In this document: positions 62,127 to 64,000 of the stretch, piece after piece
Layout: each line of letters starts with the position of its first letter
How positions within the stretch are numbered: position 1 is the stretch's first letter
Assembly (NCBI GenBank): GCA_963727505.1
Contig: CAVSGP010000004.1
Location: 800,001 to 864,000 of the forward strand
Origin: an uncultured Trueperaceae bacterium
GTDB taxonomy: Bacteria > Deinococcota > Deinococci > Deinococcales > Trueperaceae
Direction of reading: 5' to 3'
DNA: 64,000 nucleotides
Translations under genes and position numbers: made by a program
The notes under the pieces: generated by a model
Told to the model about the DNA's origin: nothing
Database searches by the model: none
The model's input: only the letters and a program-made list of their open reading frames with translations

Positions 62127-63104
62127 ATGGACGAGGTTCGCTTGGGACGTACCGGCCTGAAGGTCTCCAGGATCGTGCTGGGCTGCATGAGCTTCGGCGA
62201 GCCGGCCGCGGGCGGCCACCCATGGTCCCTCGACCTCGACCAGGCGCGACCGCTGATCCGCAAGGCCTGGGAGGCAGGCATCACCACCTTCGACACCGCA
62301 AACGTCTACTCGCATGGCACCAGCGAGGAGATCACCGGCAAGGTGCTCGGCGAGATCGCCCGCCGCGACGAGGTCGTCATCGCAACCAAGGTCCACGGCC
62401 GCATGGGGCCGGGGCCCAAGGGCGGCGGGCTGTCGCGCGCGGCCATCTTCGCGCAGGTCGACGCCAGCCTGAAGCGGCTCGGCACCGACTACATCGACCT
62501 CTACCAGATCCACCGCTACGACCCCGAAACGCCCATCGAAGAGACGCTGCAGGCGCTCGACGACCTCGTCCGCTCGGGCCGGGTGCGCTACATCGGCGCC
62601 TCCTCGATGGACGCCTGGAAGTTCGTCCAGGCCCAGTACCTCGCCGACCTGCACCGCTGGACCCGCTTCGCCTCGATGCAGGACCAGTACAGCCTGCTCA
62701 TGCGCGAAGAGGAACGCGAGATGCTGCCTTTCTGCCATGACCAGGGGGTCGGCGTGCTGCCGTGGAGCCCGTTGGCGCGCGGACGCCTCGCCCGCCCCTG
62801 GGCGACCTCGACGACGCGCAGCGAACAGGACGCCTTCGGCCAACGTCTCTACCGCCAGGCCGAAGACGCCAGCCGCACCGTCGTCGAGGAGGTCGGGAAG
62901 GTCGCCGAGGAGCGCGGCGTGACGATGGCGCAGGTCGCGCTCACCTGGCTGCTCCACCAGCCCGCCGTGACCGCTCCCATCGTGGGCGTGACGCGGGAGT
63001 CCCACATCGACGACGCCGTGGCCGCAGTGGAGCTCCAGCTCAGCGACGAAGAGCGCCGGCGGCTCGAAGCGCCCTACATGCCGCAGCGGCCGGAGGGCTA
63101 CTAG
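62127..63104 (+). CDS. Aldo/keto reductase (aryl-alcohol dehydrogenase/YajO-like)
   Basis: LGCMSFG, FDTANVY, IATK, DYIDLYQIHR, YIGASSM, PWSPLARG. Confidence 0.94.
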   Translation: MDEVRLGRTGLKVSRIVLGCMSFGEPAAGGHPWSLDLDQARPLIRKAWEAGITTFDTANVYSHGTSEEITGKVLGEIARRDEVVIATKVHGRMGPGPKGGGLSRAAIFAQVDASLKRLGTDYIDLYQIHRYDPETPIEETLQALDDLVRSGRVRYIGASSMDAWKFVQAQYLADLHRWTRFASMQDQYSLLMREEEREMLPFCHDQGVGVLPWSPLARGRLARPWATSTTRSEQDAFGQRLYRQAEDASRTVVEEVGKVAEERGVTMAQVALTWLLHQPAVTAPIVGVTRESHIDDAVAAVELQLSDEERRRLEAPYMPQRPEGY

Positions 63105-63635
63105 CCGCTCCGGCCGCCCCGCTCGACCCGTCGTGGATGGTGGTCCTGCAGGCGAGCGACGCGACCAGCGGAGCGTTCAATCCCGTCGCCGACGTCGTCA
63201 GTGCGGCGGGCGGGGCGGGAACCTGGGTCGCCCGGACGACGAGCATCAGCCGCTTTCACCACGATGCTGCGAGCGGCGCCGCGCTAGCGTGCGTCTTCGA
63301 CCGAGTGTCCGTCCCCTGGGCAGGAGCGGCGCTGCAGATGCTGCTCGCTCCCGACCCCCTCTTCGTCCTCCGGCCTTCCCCTCCCGTCGAGGCCACTGCC
63401 GGGTGGTCCCCTGTCAGAGAGGAGAGCACGATGTTCATGCTGTTCGCACACGGCGTCGATGCTGAACCGATCGCCATGGGAATCGCAGCTTGACAGGCAT
63501 CACCGCGTTTCCCGGAAACACTCCGAACCCCCCAGTCCAACACGGACCCCGCAGCGCGCTCATGGGCGCGCTTGCGTCGCCGGTCGAAGCTTGTCGCACC
63601 GACCCGCGCGGGGCCGTCCCGGGAGTGCGTAGCTG

Positions 63636-64000
63636 ATGCGCCGCGGTCCCCTGGCCCACCACTACTGGCCGGCCGCGGCGATGGTCGTCTTCGCGCTGAT
63701 CCCGTATCTCGCGTTGTCCGCGGCGTTGGGTCCGATCATGCCGATCATCGCCCGTCAGTTGCACATGAGCATGCAAACCATGGCGCTGGCATCCGGCATG
63801 GGCAACGCGGCCTACGCGGTCGGGACGGTGCTGGCGGTGCAGTTCGCGCAGCACCTTCCCCAGCGGAGGATGATGCTCGCGTATGCGGCGCTACTGGTGC
63901 TCGGATCCGTGCTGGCGGCCGCGGCGCAGAACGCGGGCATGTTCATCGCCGGGCACGTGCTGCAGGGGTTGAGCACGAGCCTGCTGCTGATCGGCGCGGT
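63636..64000 (+). CDS. MFS transporter (3' partial)
   Basis: MRRGPLAHHYWPAAAMVVFALIPYLAL...FIAGHVLQGLSTSLLLI; open to the window end and absent from the ORF track. Confidence 0.75.
   Translation, partial: MRRGPLAHHYWPAAAMVVFALIPYLALSAALGPIMPIIARQLHMSMQTMALASGMGNAAYAVGTVLAVQFAQHLPQRRMMLAYAALLVLGSVLAAAAQNAGMFIAGHVLQGLSTSLLLIGA

Overview
High-GC bacterial chromosome segment, most consistent with Deinococcota (Truepera/Deinococcus-like). This is inferred from gene content and from many genes that have a -10 box 6-8 nt before the ATG and no RBS. About 1-30.7 kb is mostly core: nitroreductase, polyprenyl synthase, rex, SPOR, TPR, rlmN, glgC, ftsH, a PASTA protein, a heterodimeric ABC exporter, a PIG-L deacetylase, a c-di-AMP receptor, tRNA-Ala(CGC), ZIP and TauE transporters. 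It ends with an unusual acsA-pdhA-pdhB-E2-ACP operon lacking E3, followed by tRNA-Lys(CTT). Downstream of tRNA-Lys is an accessory patchwork: three DUF4386-like membrane genes and a TetR with twin operators, a divergent desaturase/SDR/NTF2 versus PlsY-like/GT2 lipid or carotenoid-modifying cluster, IS3 and IS5 remnants, a stand-alone ribB, a complete branched-pentose (probably D-apiose) uptake and catabolism operon with a clear promoter and palindromic operator, two aldo-keto reductases and two lipoproteins. A 554-bp DinB-like gene repeat brackets about 17 kb that includes the sugar operon. The best novelty candidates are the ACS-PDH-ACP operon, an orphan sRNA exposing a perfect anti-Shine-Dalgarno loop, and the repeat-bounded apiose island. 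All functional calls come from reading motifs by eye; no database searches were run.
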